Shown one piece after another: positions 29,341 through 38,398 of a stretch of DNA of 64,000 nucleotides (position 1 is its first letter; each line of letters opens with the position of its first letter). The DNA comes from Candidatus Poribacteria bacterium (GTDB taxonomy: Bacteria; Poribacteria; WGA-4E; GCA-2687025). Position numbers and translations under genes: made by a program. The notes under the pieces are model-generated. The model saw only the letters and a program-made list of their open reading frames with translations. It made no database searches and was not told the DNA's origin. Location of the stretch: the NCBI GenBank assembly GCA_963665845.2, contig OY762492.1, forward strand, positions 1,664,001 through 1,728,000, written 5' to 3'.

Positions 29341-29409
29341 ATGCGCTATCTGATCGATACGGAATATAGACAAGGCAAAACGAAGCCGCTTAAGTTAGAA
29401 GACCTGTAA
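29341..29409 (+). pseudogene. Fused relics: vapC 5' end (MRYLIDT) + antitoxin 3' end (QGKTKPLKLEDL*)
   Basis: Direct similarity to the 27570 start and the 28070/16518 ends. Confidence 0.75.
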
Positions 29410-29420
29410 AGCGGAACCCG

Positions 29421-30482
29421 TCAAGGCGCATCGGCGAGAATCGTTTCAAACGGGTTTTCTTTGTTTTCAAGCGGAAGCGGCGCGATGCGGCGTATGCGCG
29501 ACGACTCATACGCCGCCATGAGTATCTCCAGCGCCGCCCGCGCGTTCTCGCCGTTCAACGGATGCGCCTCGCCGCTTTCTAGGCACTCCAGCAGATGTAT
29601 CTGCGGAGAAACGCCGCCCCGCCAGCCGCGCTCTATCGGGACAACCTCTCTCTCGGCGCCGCGCGCGATCTGCAGCTGGGGCTGACCCTCCAGCGGCGCG
29701 TCCCCGTAAATGTCCATGCGCCCCGTCTCGCCATGGAGCGCGATGTGATGGTAATTGCCGACCAGAGCCGACCCAAGCGGGCATTTCTCCGACGCAAAGC
29801 CGCCGCCCGATGTCAAACGCGCCTGAACGCCCGTCTCAAAACCGACGCGGTAGAGCGCCGCATCCTCCACCGCATGCCCCCACGCATGCCGCCCCGTGTG
29901 CGTGTCGATCTGTCCAAAAACCCACAGCGCCGCAGGGTCGCCCGCAAAATAACGAACCAGATCGATGGTGTGCGTCCCGTCCGCCAGGAGGTGCGAGCGC
30001 GGATGTCCAGACGCCGCGATCTCGCGCAGCTCCCCGATCTCCCCCGCCAGAAGCCGATCCCGCGCCGCCGCATACAGCTCCTGATACCGCCGCTGATGAC
30101 CGATGATGAGCCGAAGCCCGCGTTCTCGGCAAGCGTCCAGCATCGCGTCCGCCTCGCGCAGACACATCGCCATCGGCTTTTCACAGACGACGGCGCGCGA
30201 CACATGGGACGCCGCCAAAATCGTCATCTCGGCATGCAGCGTCTCGTTTGTACAGACGACCGCGATGTCCAAACCTTCTCGCTGAAGCATCGTCTCAAAG
30301 TCGGCGTACTGCGCGTCGGGCGGAATGCCGAACGCGGCGCCGAAACCGCTCAACGCCTCCGGGACGATGTCGCAGCAGGCGGCGAGGCGGACGCGCGCGT
30401 CTCGGGCGAATTCGCGGGCGTGGTAATACGCAATGCGCATTCCGCCCACGCCCACAAATCCGACGCGCAAGGGGGCGGACAT
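29421..30482 (-). CDS. Gfo/Idh/MocA oxidoreductase
   Basis: VGFVGVGG, CEKPMA, DGTHTID. Confidence 0.9.
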   Translation of the reverse strand: MSAPLRVGFVGVGGMRIAYYHAREFARDARVRLAACCDIVPEALSGFGAAFGIPPDAQYADFETMLQREGLDIAVVCTNETLHAEMTILAASHVSRAVVCEKPMAMCLREADAMLDACRERGLRLIIGHQRRYQELYAAARDRLLAGEIGELREIAASGHPRSHLLADGTHTIDLVRYFAGDPAALWVFGQIDTHTGRHAWGHAVEDAALYRVGFETGVQARLTSGGGFASEKCPLGSALVGNYHHIALHGETGRMDIYGDAPLEGQPQLQIARGAEREVVPIERGWRGGVSPQIHLLECLESGEAHPLNGENARAALEILMAAYESSRIRRIAPLPLENKENPFETILADAP

Positions 30483-30498
30483 CTTCAACCCCCTCGGT

Positions 30499-31608
30499 TC
30501 AGTCTTCTTCAGGCGGCAGCGGATGCGGAATGACCAGCTCACCGCCTTTTTCATGCGACTCGATGGCGGCGAAGGTGTACTCCAGCGCGGCGAGCGCGTC
30601 CCGCCCCGACCCGCGCAGCTGACTCTTCGGAACGCCGTTCGTCACATCTTCCAAAAAGGCATGGATGCGGTTTGGAAAAGTGCTGCCGAAGTCGGTCGTG
30701 CCGGAATGCGACACAACGGGCGCGCCGTTCTCTCCTTCAGCGATCTCCGCCGGACGCCCCGGTCCGCGCGGGTTATGCGCCTTCCAGTAGCTCACCTTTT
30801 CGACGCAGTTTTCCACAAAGAAGGAGCCTTTCGTCCCGCCGACTTCGATGCTCCACCAGCCGCCGGGGCCGTGCGAGGCGTCCCCGCGCTGGCTCAACAG
30901 GTAGCCGACCCCCTTGTTCGCAAAACGAACGTGGATGCTGACCGTTGAGAGGACAGGGTCGTTCACCTCTTCTCTGAAGGTCGGGCGGTCAAGATACGCC
31001 TGAACATGCGTGATGTCGCCGCAGAAGTGCCGCATGACGCTGAACGGATGCGTCATAAACGCCTTCATATGAAAATACGGGAAGCCGCCTGTGTTGCCGC
31101 CTGCCGCGGGCGTGTATTTGCTTTCGCCGCCCTGGAAGCCCATCTTTGCGACGCAGAAGACCAGCTCGCCGACCTCGCCGTCGTCGATATACTGCTTGGC
31201 GCGTTCGCAGGGCTGAGTGAAGAAATGGTTGACGTTGCATGCGAGATAGACGCCTTTTTCGGTCGCTTTGGCGACCATCAAGCGCCCTTCTTCGATCTCG
31301 TTGGAGAGCGGTTTTTCGACAAGGACATGCTTGCCCGCTTCGAGCGCTTCCATTGCAGGTTCAAAGTGCCAGCCGCCGTTTTCGGGTCCGCCTGTGCAGA
31401 CATCGACGATGTCCAGGTCCGGTTCGCCGTCCAGCATGTCCTGAACGGAGTAGTACGCCTTGACGCCGTGCCGTTCGGCGGCGGCGTCGGCGCGGTCTTT
31501 GACGATGTCGCAGACGGCTTGGAGGTTCGCCAGTTCGTTGTTGCTGTGCGCGTTGGCGTGGGAGCCTCCGATGCCCCGCATCCCGACAACGCCTACATTC
31601 AATGCCAT
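30499..31608 (-). CDS. Gfo/Idh/MocA oxidoreductase
   Basis: VGVVGMRGIG, GKHVLVEKPL. Confidence 0.9.
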   Translation of the reverse strand: MALNVGVVGMRGIGGSHANAHSNNELANLQAVCDIVKDRADAAAERHGVKAYYSVQDMLDGEPDLDIVDVCTGGPENGGWHFEPAMEALEAGKHVLVEKPLSNEIEEGRLMVAKATEKGVYLACNVNHFFTQPCERAKQYIDDGEVGELVFCVAKMGFQGGESKYTPAAGGNTGGFPYFHMKAFMTHPFSVMRHFCGDITHVQAYLDRPTFREEVNDPVLSTVSIHVRFANKGVGYLLSQRGDASHGPGGWWSIEVGGTKGSFFVENCVEKVSYWKAHNPRGPGRPAEIAEGENGAPVVSHSGTTDFGSTFPNRIHAFLEDVTNGVPKSQLRGSGRDALAALEYTFAAIESHEKGGELVIPHPLPPEED

Positions 31609-31893
31609 TCGAATCCTTTCGCGTTGTGATTATTGAGCATATCGTATCGATTTGGGAGCGGCGCGTCAAGTAACCCAATGACGGCGGGTAGGGCGCGAGG
31701 TTTCTGGACTCCCCCCTTGAAAAGGGGGGCTGGGGGGGTTTTGGCTCCGCGCCTGGAATGACGAGGCGCCGATTCAAACAGGATTTTCGTACATCATCGC
31801 CTATAGAGACTGTCCGCCGGCGCAACCCCTTGACTTTGCGCCCCATTGTCGATACACTTATGCAACGACATCACACGCGAGAATAATCCATGA

Positions 31894-33486
31894 ATGCAGC
31901 CCGCAATGACGCATGAGGACGCCTGCAAAGTCTTAGGCATACCTGTTGACGCCAATCTCAACACGGCGAGAGCGGCGTATCGGAAACTTGCAAGACAGCA
32001 TCATCCCGACGCCAATCCGCTCACTGGCGGCAATCCTCATCTATTTCGGCTGGCTGTTGACGCATGGGAATGCGTTCAAAAAACCATTATCGAACGTCAA
32101 TCCCAAGAAGAACAGCGGAAACGACAAGAAGAGGAGCGGCAGGCGCAAGAAGAAGAGCGGCGGAAACGGGAGGAAGAGGAGCGACAGGCGCAAGAAGAAC
32201 GGCGGAAACGGGAGGAAGAGGAAAAGCAGCGAAAAGAGGAAGAGGAACGAAGAAAACGGCAGGAAGAAGAGGAGCGGCAGCGACGGGAGCGGGAGCAGGC
32301 GGAAGAGGAAATCAGGAAACGAGCGCAAGAAAAACAGCGGCAAGAAGCAGAAGAAGAGGAGTGCAGGCGCAAGGAAGAGAAAAAGATAAAGGACGCCTTC
32401 AGTCTTTTGGAAATCACGCCCGAAACATCGTGGGAAGACGCCAACAAACGCTACACGTTTCTAGCATCGGAATTTAAGGACAGGCATACCCACGCTCAAA
32501 TCCTTGAGGACGCATGGAGGCTCATCAGCGAAACGCCGAAATACAAACGAGCCAGAGAAGAAGAGCAACAACCGAAAGCGTCGGGCGAAGGCAAACGCGC
32601 CGCAAAAGAGTATGACAAGCCTCGAAAAACGCTGACAGCGCATGTGGATGGAGTTGACTGTGTTGCTTTTTCGCTTGATGGTCGGATGCTTGCCAGCGTT
32701 TCTCCCAAGACTATGATACTTTGGGACGCGCAGACCGGAGCTCGCCGTCTAGAGGAGGAGATACGCGCTAAATCCGTTGCTTTTTCGCCTGATGGTCGGA
32801 CGCTTGCTGTCCTTGGTCGTTTGGAGATACAACTTTGGAATGTGCACATCGGATCACATCTCCGAACGCTCACTCGAAATTTGGAATACATCGACTCCAT
32901 GGCGTATTCTCCGGATGGTCAGACTATTGTCAGTGGACACGCCGACAAGAGCATTTGTATCTGGGATGCGCAGACAAGGAAGCTTGTTCGAACGCTCACA
33001 GGACATAGGGAAAGGGTCAACGCAGTGGCATATTCTCCGAACGGTCGAACGCTCGCCAGTGGAGGCTGGGACAAGAATATTTGTATCTGGGACGCTCAAA
33101 CCGGCGCGTATCTCCGAACGCTCATGGGACACGAGGAGAGTGTCTCTTCCGTGGCATATTCTCCGAACGGTCGAACGCTCGCCAGCGGAGGCTGGGACAA
33201 GAATATTTGTATCTGGGATGCGCAGACCGGCGAGCTTCTTCGAAAGCTCACAGGACATAGGCAAACGGTCAAATCCGTGGCATATTCGCCGGACGATCGA
33301 ACGCTCGCCAGCGGCAGCTATGACAGAACGGTTCGGATCTGGGATGCGCAGACCGGCGAGCTTCTTCGAAAGCTCACAGGACATAGGCACGTAGTCAAGT
33401 CCGTGGCATATTCGCCGGGCGGTCGAACGCTCGCCAGCGGGGGCCTGGACGGCCCCATCATGCTATGGGACGTCTCTGATCTGTAA
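31894..33486 (+). CDS. J-domain + charged coiled coil + WD40 propeller protein
   Basis: AYRKLARQHHPD, E/R/Q/K-rich helix, about 7 WD40 repeats. Confidence 0.88.
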   Translation: MQPAMTHEDACKVLGIPVDANLNTARAAYRKLARQHHPDANPLTGGNPHLFRLAVDAWECVQKTIIERQSQEEQRKRQEEERQAQEEERRKREEEERQAQEERRKREEEEKQRKEEEERRKRQEEEERQRREREQAEEEIRKRAQEKQRQEAEEEECRRKEEKKIKDAFSLLEITPETSWEDANKRYTFLASEFKDRHTHAQILEDAWRLISETPKYKRAREEEQQPKASGEGKRAAKEYDKPRKTLTAHVDGVDCVAFSLDGRMLASVSPKTMILWDAQTGARRLEEEIRAKSVAFSPDGRTLAVLGRLEIQLWNVHIGSHLRTLTRNLEYIDSMAYSPDGQTIVSGHADKSICIWDAQTRKLVRTLTGHRERVNAVAYSPNGRTLASGGWDKNICIWDAQTGAYLRTLMGHEESVSSVAYSPNGRTLASGGWDKNICIWDAQTGELLRKLTGHRQTVKSVAYSPDDRTLASGSYDRTVRIWDAQTGELLRKLTGHRHVVKSVAYSPGGRTLASGGLDGPIMLWDVSDL

Positions 33487-33642
33487 AGCGCCGACATAGA
33501 GCGCCGCCCGTCCGCGTCCGGCGCCTCGTCCCCCGCTTCCGCGAGGACATGCATTTCCGCGCAAGCGGCGGCGGTTGTCAAATGTACCGCCTTAGGTTAT
33601 GATTATAGGAGCGATGAGATACAGGGCGGATGGAGACGGACG

Positions 33643-34767
33643 ATGCTGAACAGCTTGAAGATTCAAAATTTCAGAGGCTTCCGTTGTTTAGAAATAAACG
33701 ACCTGGGAGCGGTGAACATCATCGGCGGAAGAAACAACGCTGGGAAAACGAGCCTGCTGGAAGCGATCGCTCTGTTGTCAAGCGGCGGAAATGCCGCCAA
33801 GGCGCTCAATCCCCAGGTGCTTCGTCTTCCCTCCTATGTCTCTAAAGATATTCTGTATTATACGCCTCGCCCTTACCCGACAGTGTCACGGAATCCTCGA
33901 AATGTTGCTCAAGCACTAGAAGCTTTTTTTGAGCCGCTATTTCATGATCATAATTTGCAGAATGCTATCGAGATTGGAAGCGTCTTTGCGCGTAGCGAAA
34001 AAAGTCAAAAGAGAGCAACTTTAAAACTTTCCATAGATCGGCAGCCAGTCGAGACTTTGTTTGTAGACACGGACGAAGCCATATCTGAAAGCATATTTTA
34101 CAACCGGTCAATCAAACTTGAGTTCGACAGTTCGAGAAACTATGTGCCATACACGAATTATTTATGGCTTGAGGATAACAGGATCATAACAAGACCAAGA
34201 GACAGCGCCAAACAATTGTTTGCTTCAACGCTTCTCAAAAGCGGGGACAGCGGAGACGGACCAGAATATGCGCAGCAGCTGGCAGAGTTGAGAAGACGTA
34301 AGGAGGATCAGGTCGTCTTGGATGCGCTCAAGATCATTGAACCGAGGCTGGAAAGCGTCTCGGACATCTCGCTTACCGGCAATTCTTTGATCGTCGGGGA
34401 CATTGGGTTAGACAAATTGATTCCGTTGGCGGCGATGGGAGACGGCATGAATCAGATTGCCCGCATCATTCTCAAAATGGTTTCGGCGCAGGACGGCGTC
34501 GCGCTCATTGATGAGGTGGAGAACGGATTTCACTACTCCATTCAGGAGAATGTGTGGAGGGCGATTGATGAGACGGCGCGCCGGTCCAACATCCAGGTCT
34601 TCGCCGCGACGCACAGCCGAGAGTGCGTCTTATCGGCTCACGAGGCGATCAAGCCGGAGCGGCTTCGCTATCATCGGTTGGAGCAGATTGACAGCGAGAT
34701 TCGTTGCCGAACCTACAGCCCGGATATTCTTGAGTCTGCATTTGAGTTCAATTTTGAGGTGCGCTAG
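33643..34767 (+). CDS. AAA/ABC-type ATPase (AAA_15/AAA_21-like)
   Basis: IQNFRGF, GRNNAGKT, MGDG, LIDEVENGFH, ATHS. Confidence 0.88.
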   Translation: MLNSLKIQNFRGFRCLEINDLGAVNIIGGRNNAGKTSLLEAIALLSSGGNAAKALNPQVLRLPSYVSKDILYYTPRPYPTVSRNPRNVAQALEAFFEPLFHDHNLQNAIEIGSVFARSEKSQKRATLKLSIDRQPVETLFVDTDEAISESIFYNRSIKLEFDSSRNYVPYTNYLWLEDNRIITRPRDSAKQLFASTLLKSGDSGDGPEYAQQLAELRRRKEDQVVLDALKIIEPRLESVSDISLTGNSLIVGDIGLDKLIPLAAMGDGMNQIARIILKMVSAQDGVALIDEVENGFHYSIQENVWRAIDETARRSNIQVFAATHSRECVLSAHEAIKPERLRYHRLEQIDSEIRCRTYSPDILESAFEFNFEVR

Positions 34768-34769
34768 GT

Positions 34770-35456
34770 ATGGCGGATGAATCCAACAGAAGCATTGAGG
34801 TTACTGCGCCGACGCAGATTCTTGTGGAGGGTAAGTACGACAAAATATTTTTTAAAGCGTTTATCAGGCATGCTTTGGGCAAAGAGAAATGCAGCAACAT
34901 TCAGGTTCACAGCTACGATGGTACGCGAAAATTCAAAAAATTTCTGAAATCTTTCCAGGCTGTGTCAAAATTTGTCGGGATTCAAAGCGTCGGCATCGTT
35001 CGAGACGCGGATGAGAGCGAAGCAAGCGCGTTTCAGAGCCTTCGAGACTCCTTGAAATCGATGGATTTTAATTGGGAGATTCCAGACGAAATGAACGTCC
35101 CCGCTCAAGGAACGCCTTCAGTAACGGCGCTCATACTACCTGGCGACGGGCGGCCCGGGGCTCTTGAAACGCTGCTGTGCGACACCTTGACAGACGAACT
35201 GACGGTGTGCGTTGACGAGTATTTTAAATGCGCGGAACGCTGTATTAAGGAGACCGGCAGCCATAACACAGCAAAGCGGGCCAAGGCGCGCGCCAGGGTT
35301 TATCTTGCGGCGCATAAACCTCCAGACACAGATTTCAGAGATTCATTTTATAAAAAGTATGATTATTGGAATCTGGAACATCCTGCGCTCGGAATCGTCC
35401 GCGAGTTTTTAGAGGTCGTTAGCGGCGCCTCTGGATTCCCGCTTGCGCGGGAATGA
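34770..35456 (+). CDS. DUF3226-like TOPRIM-related protein
   Basis: ILVEGKYD, IVRDAD, ILPG...GALETL; coupled to the ATPase. Confidence 0.72.
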   Translation: MADESNRSIEVTAPTQILVEGKYDKIFFKAFIRHALGKEKCSNIQVHSYDGTRKFKKFLKSFQAVSKFVGIQSVGIVRDADESEASAFQSLRDSLKSMDFNWEIPDEMNVPAQGTPSVTALILPGDGRPGALETLLCDTLTDELTVCVDEYFKCAERCIKETGSHNTAKRAKARARVYLAAHKPPDTDFRDSFYKKYDYWNLEHPALGIVREFLEVVSGASGFPLARE

Positions 35457-35500
35457 CCCCCGTTTTCACGGGGGCAGGCTATGAGGGGGCATGGCGGAAA

Positions 35501-36379
35501 TCAAGCCTCCCGCGTCGGCGCGCCGTCGGCGTTTTTGTTGACCCATACCAGCCCATAGGGGCGCATCCGCCGCACGATCGTCTCCACGGCGGAGGGGTTG
35601 TTGTCGACCAGTATCGAAGACCGCCCATGCAGCGCCGCCGCCTCGCCGAAGGTTCCGCTGCCGGCAAAAAAATCGAGCAGCGTGTCGCCTGGGGACGAAT
35701 GCGCCTTGACGATCCTGTTCAGGACGCCGAGCGGTTTTTGCGTCGGGTAGCCTGTCCTCTCCCGCCCGTTCGTCGCGACGATCGTATGCCACCACACATC
35801 GGTGGGCGTTTTGCCGCGCGCCGCTTTCTCTTGGCTCACCAGACCCGGCGCCATATACGGTATGCGGTCCAGCTCCTCATAATTAAAGGTGTATCGCTTC
35901 GGATTTTTGGCGTACCAGAAAATGTTGTCATGCTTGGCGGGCCAGCGCGACTTGGAGCGCCCGCCGTAATCGTACGCCCAGATGATCTCGTTCATGAACG
36001 ACGCGCGCCCAAACAGCTCATCCAGCATGACCTTGCAATAGTGCGATTCTCGATAGTCGATATGCAGAAAAAAGCTGCCCTCTGGATGCAGAACGCGGCG
36101 CGCCTCCTCAAAACGCGGGCGCAAAAAACGCAGATACGCCTCCGAGCTTTCAAAGGCGTCCTCATACTGCGCCGCGCCGCCCGCTTGCGTCCGATACCGC
36201 CGACCCTGAAAACCGACGCGCCCGCCCTCCGGGTCCTGCGCGACCTGCAGTTGAACATGGCGCCGCCGCTTCCCCGTGTTGAAGGGCGGGTCGATGTAGA
36301 TGAGATGGACGCTCTCGTCCGGCAGATGCGTTCGCAGAATGTCGAGATTGTCGCCGAAGTAAAGTTGATGTTTGGGCAT
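35501..36379 (-). CDS. Orphan site-specific DNA methyltransferase (beta class)
   Basis: GDNL, IDPPF, YPTQKP, LDFFAGSGT. Confidence 0.92.
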   Translation of the reverse strand: MPKHQLYFGDNLDILRTHLPDESVHLIYIDPPFNTGKRRRHVQLQVAQDPEGGRVGFQGRRYRTQAGGAAQYEDAFESSEAYLRFLRPRFEEARRVLHPEGSFFLHIDYRESHYCKVMLDELFGRASFMNEIIWAYDYGGRSKSRWPAKHDNIFWYAKNPKRYTFNYEELDRIPYMAPGLVSQEKAARGKTPTDVWWHTIVATNGRERTGYPTQKPLGVLNRIVKAHSSPGDTLLDFFAGSGTFGEAAALHGRSSILVDNNPSAVETIVRRMRPYGLVWVNKNADGAPTREA

Positions 36380-36574
36380 TAGCCTCTCTCCGCCTGCATC
36401 GTATAGACGGGCGGGCGGAAAGTCAAGCGGGGGACATCTGACCTCACGTCTTAAGTTGGGACATGTCGGCATGCGAACGCGGAATGACGACCCGGCGGGC
36501 GGAGCCTTTTCCCAAAAAGAAGCCGTTGTTCATCCAAATATCCCAATTTTATGCGCAAGATCGGGCATTTTCAT

Positions 36575-36604
36575 TTGACATCCCCGCCCGCCCCATGTTA
36601 TAGT
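36575..36604 (+). promoter_or_regulatory. tRNA promoter
   Basis: TTGACA-N18-TATAGT with extended -10 TG. Confidence 0.7.
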
Positions 36605-36616
36605 CTTTAGCGGTGA

Positions 36617-36692
36617 TCCGGCGTAGCTCAATTGGCAGAGCGGGTGGCTGTTAACCACTAGGTCGTAGGTTCGAGTCCTACCGCCGGAACCA
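36617..36692 (+). tRNA. tRNA-Asn(GTT)
   Basis: 76-nt cloverleaf, acceptor TCCGGCG/CGCCGGA, anticodon loop CTGTTAA, GTTCGAGT T-loop, encoded CCA. Confidence 0.97.
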
Positions 36693-36767
36693 CCCCTTCT
36701 TTACGCCGCCCTTCACAGCAAGATCCCGCTGACATCGCCGCATTCGCTTCTGAATAGGGAGTTTTCA

Positions 36768-38207
36768 TTGAAAACGCTGGTTCTCTATCGACAAGACGCC
36801 CTTGAAAAAACCTATCGAAACGACGCGCCGCGCCTGCTGGAAGCCATCGAGTCGTTTGCGCGCCGCCGATCCGCAAAAACGCTGGAGGTCGGCTCCATTT
36901 GCCGAAAACTGCAGGACGCACCCGACAACGCATGCGCAAAGCAGCTCAAAAAAGCGGCGCAGGCGGAAACGAACGCGCCGCTGGACGCGCTCGTTCTGAT
37001 TGGCGACGAAAACATTCTTCCGATGTGGACGGTCAATGTCAGCGGCATGGCTGTTCACACCGACGCTTTCTATAGCGCGCCCGACACGCCCGTGTCGCGC
37101 GTCATGGGAAACGCGGACGCGGTTGTCCGCCAGCTGAACGGCGATACGGCGCAGGGGCTGGAGGCGGCAATCTTATGCTCGGAGGACACGCGCATCCACC
37201 TTGAAACGCAGCGGTTTCTGGAGGCGCTCTCGCAGAACGGACACCGCGCCGACGTCATCGGGCGGATGAAGGAGGCGGGCGGGCAGGAGCGTTTAGACCA
37301 GTACGACCTGATCATCCATTTTGGGCATGGGTCGGCGCGTTCCATATCGAACCGCTGGGGCGAGGATTTTGCGACATCCAAAGGGCTGCCGGCGCTGCCC
37401 CGCCGTCCGATTGCGATTGTGGACGGATGCGCGACGACGCCTCCAGGATCGCCGCTGCTGCGCGCGTTTTTGAACAACGGATGCCGCGCCTATATCGGAA
37501 GCGGCGCGACCGTGTTCGGCATGACGCCGGCGCGCTACACGAACCAGCTGGTCATGCATTTTCTGGACGCTTACGAGAAAAACCCCGATTGGACGGTTGC
37601 GCGGCTGCTGACGGCGTCGCGGGCGCAGTACGCGCGCGTGAACCGCCTCGAGGAGCCGCTGGCGGAGCTGGAGAAGAGAGGCAAGATCCGCGCGGACGGC
37701 GAGATGAACCCCCATCTGGCGACATTCTTAGGATGGGGGGCGTACGGGTCGCCGTTCGCGCGCTTGGGCAGGGGGGAGGCGCGCCCCGTATTTAAAAAGC
37801 GGCCGCTTGTGAAGGAACCGCGCGTTCTAAAAGCGCCGGGCGGGCATGTGGAGACCGCGTTTCAACAAGAATCGCCGGCTCAACAGCCGATACTCTTTTT
37901 GCGGGCGGACTGGCGGAGGGAGGCGTCATCGGGGCTTGTCGTCCGCGTGTCGCAGAACGGAAAGGTTCTGCATGAGCTGCATGGCGGCGCGGAGATCGTG
38001 TATCAGCATCTGGAGGACATCTGCGTCGGCGGATACGAGGACGGGGACGCCTACCGCGCTTACTGGCTTCTGCCGTTGGAAAGCGCCGCCGAAATCCAGC
38101 GGCTGCGCGTGGAGCTGGCTTTCTCCGAGGGAGAGGCGGCGGTATTGACCGAGTCGGCGGTGGAGCTGTGGCCGGAATGGGAGGTCGTTGAGCCGCCTGC
38201 GGATTAG
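36768..38207 (+). CDS. Putative C25 (gingipain-like) cysteine peptidase domain protein
   Basis: LVLIGD...TDAFY, IHFGHG, IVDGC (His/Cys dyad pattern), AYIGS. Confidence 0.55.
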   Translation: MKTLVLYRQDALEKTYRNDAPRLLEAIESFARRRSAKTLEVGSICRKLQDAPDNACAKQLKKAAQAETNAPLDALVLIGDENILPMWTVNVSGMAVHTDAFYSAPDTPVSRVMGNADAVVRQLNGDTAQGLEAAILCSEDTRIHLETQRFLEALSQNGHRADVIGRMKEAGGQERLDQYDLIIHFGHGSARSISNRWGEDFATSKGLPALPRRPIAIVDGCATTPPGSPLLRAFLNNGCRAYIGSGATVFGMTPARYTNQLVMHFLDAYEKNPDWTVARLLTASRAQYARVNRLEEPLAELEKRGKIRADGEMNPHLATFLGWGAYGSPFARLGRGEARPVFKKRPLVKEPRVLKAPGGHVETAFQQESPAQQPILFLRADWRREASSGLVVRVSQNGKVLHELHGGAEIVYQHLEDICVGGYEDGDAYRAYWLLPLESAAEIQRLRVELAFSEGEAAVLTESAVELWPEWEVVEPPAD

Positions 38208-38221
38208 CGTTGGTCGGTACG

Positions 38222-38387
38222 CTGACCTCATGTCGCCCGTTGGGACAGCTGAACGAACAAACCCTTTATCCATGAATAAAGGGTTCGCCAACCATACCGT
38301 CATTCCCGCGTAAGCGGGAATCCAGAGGCGTCGCAGAAGACGTCCGCGTTCGTCCGCCGCCGTGTCCAACTATAGACATAAGGTCAG
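38222..38387 (-). mobile_element. MITE-like element of about 168 bp (family C), reverse copy
   Basis: Imperfect TIR CTGACCTCA...TTGGGACA / TGTCCCAAC...AGGTCAG with an internal family A hairpin. Confidence 0.7.
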
Positions 38388-38398
38388 AGACGAGATCA

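Noticed and set aside
32090-32390. Purine-rich repetitive DNA as a separate element
   Set aside because: Explained by the E/R/K/Q coiled coil of the J-domain protein.
36617-36692. tRNA as integration site of the defence island
   Set aside because: No integrase and no duplicated tRNA 3' end seen in the window.
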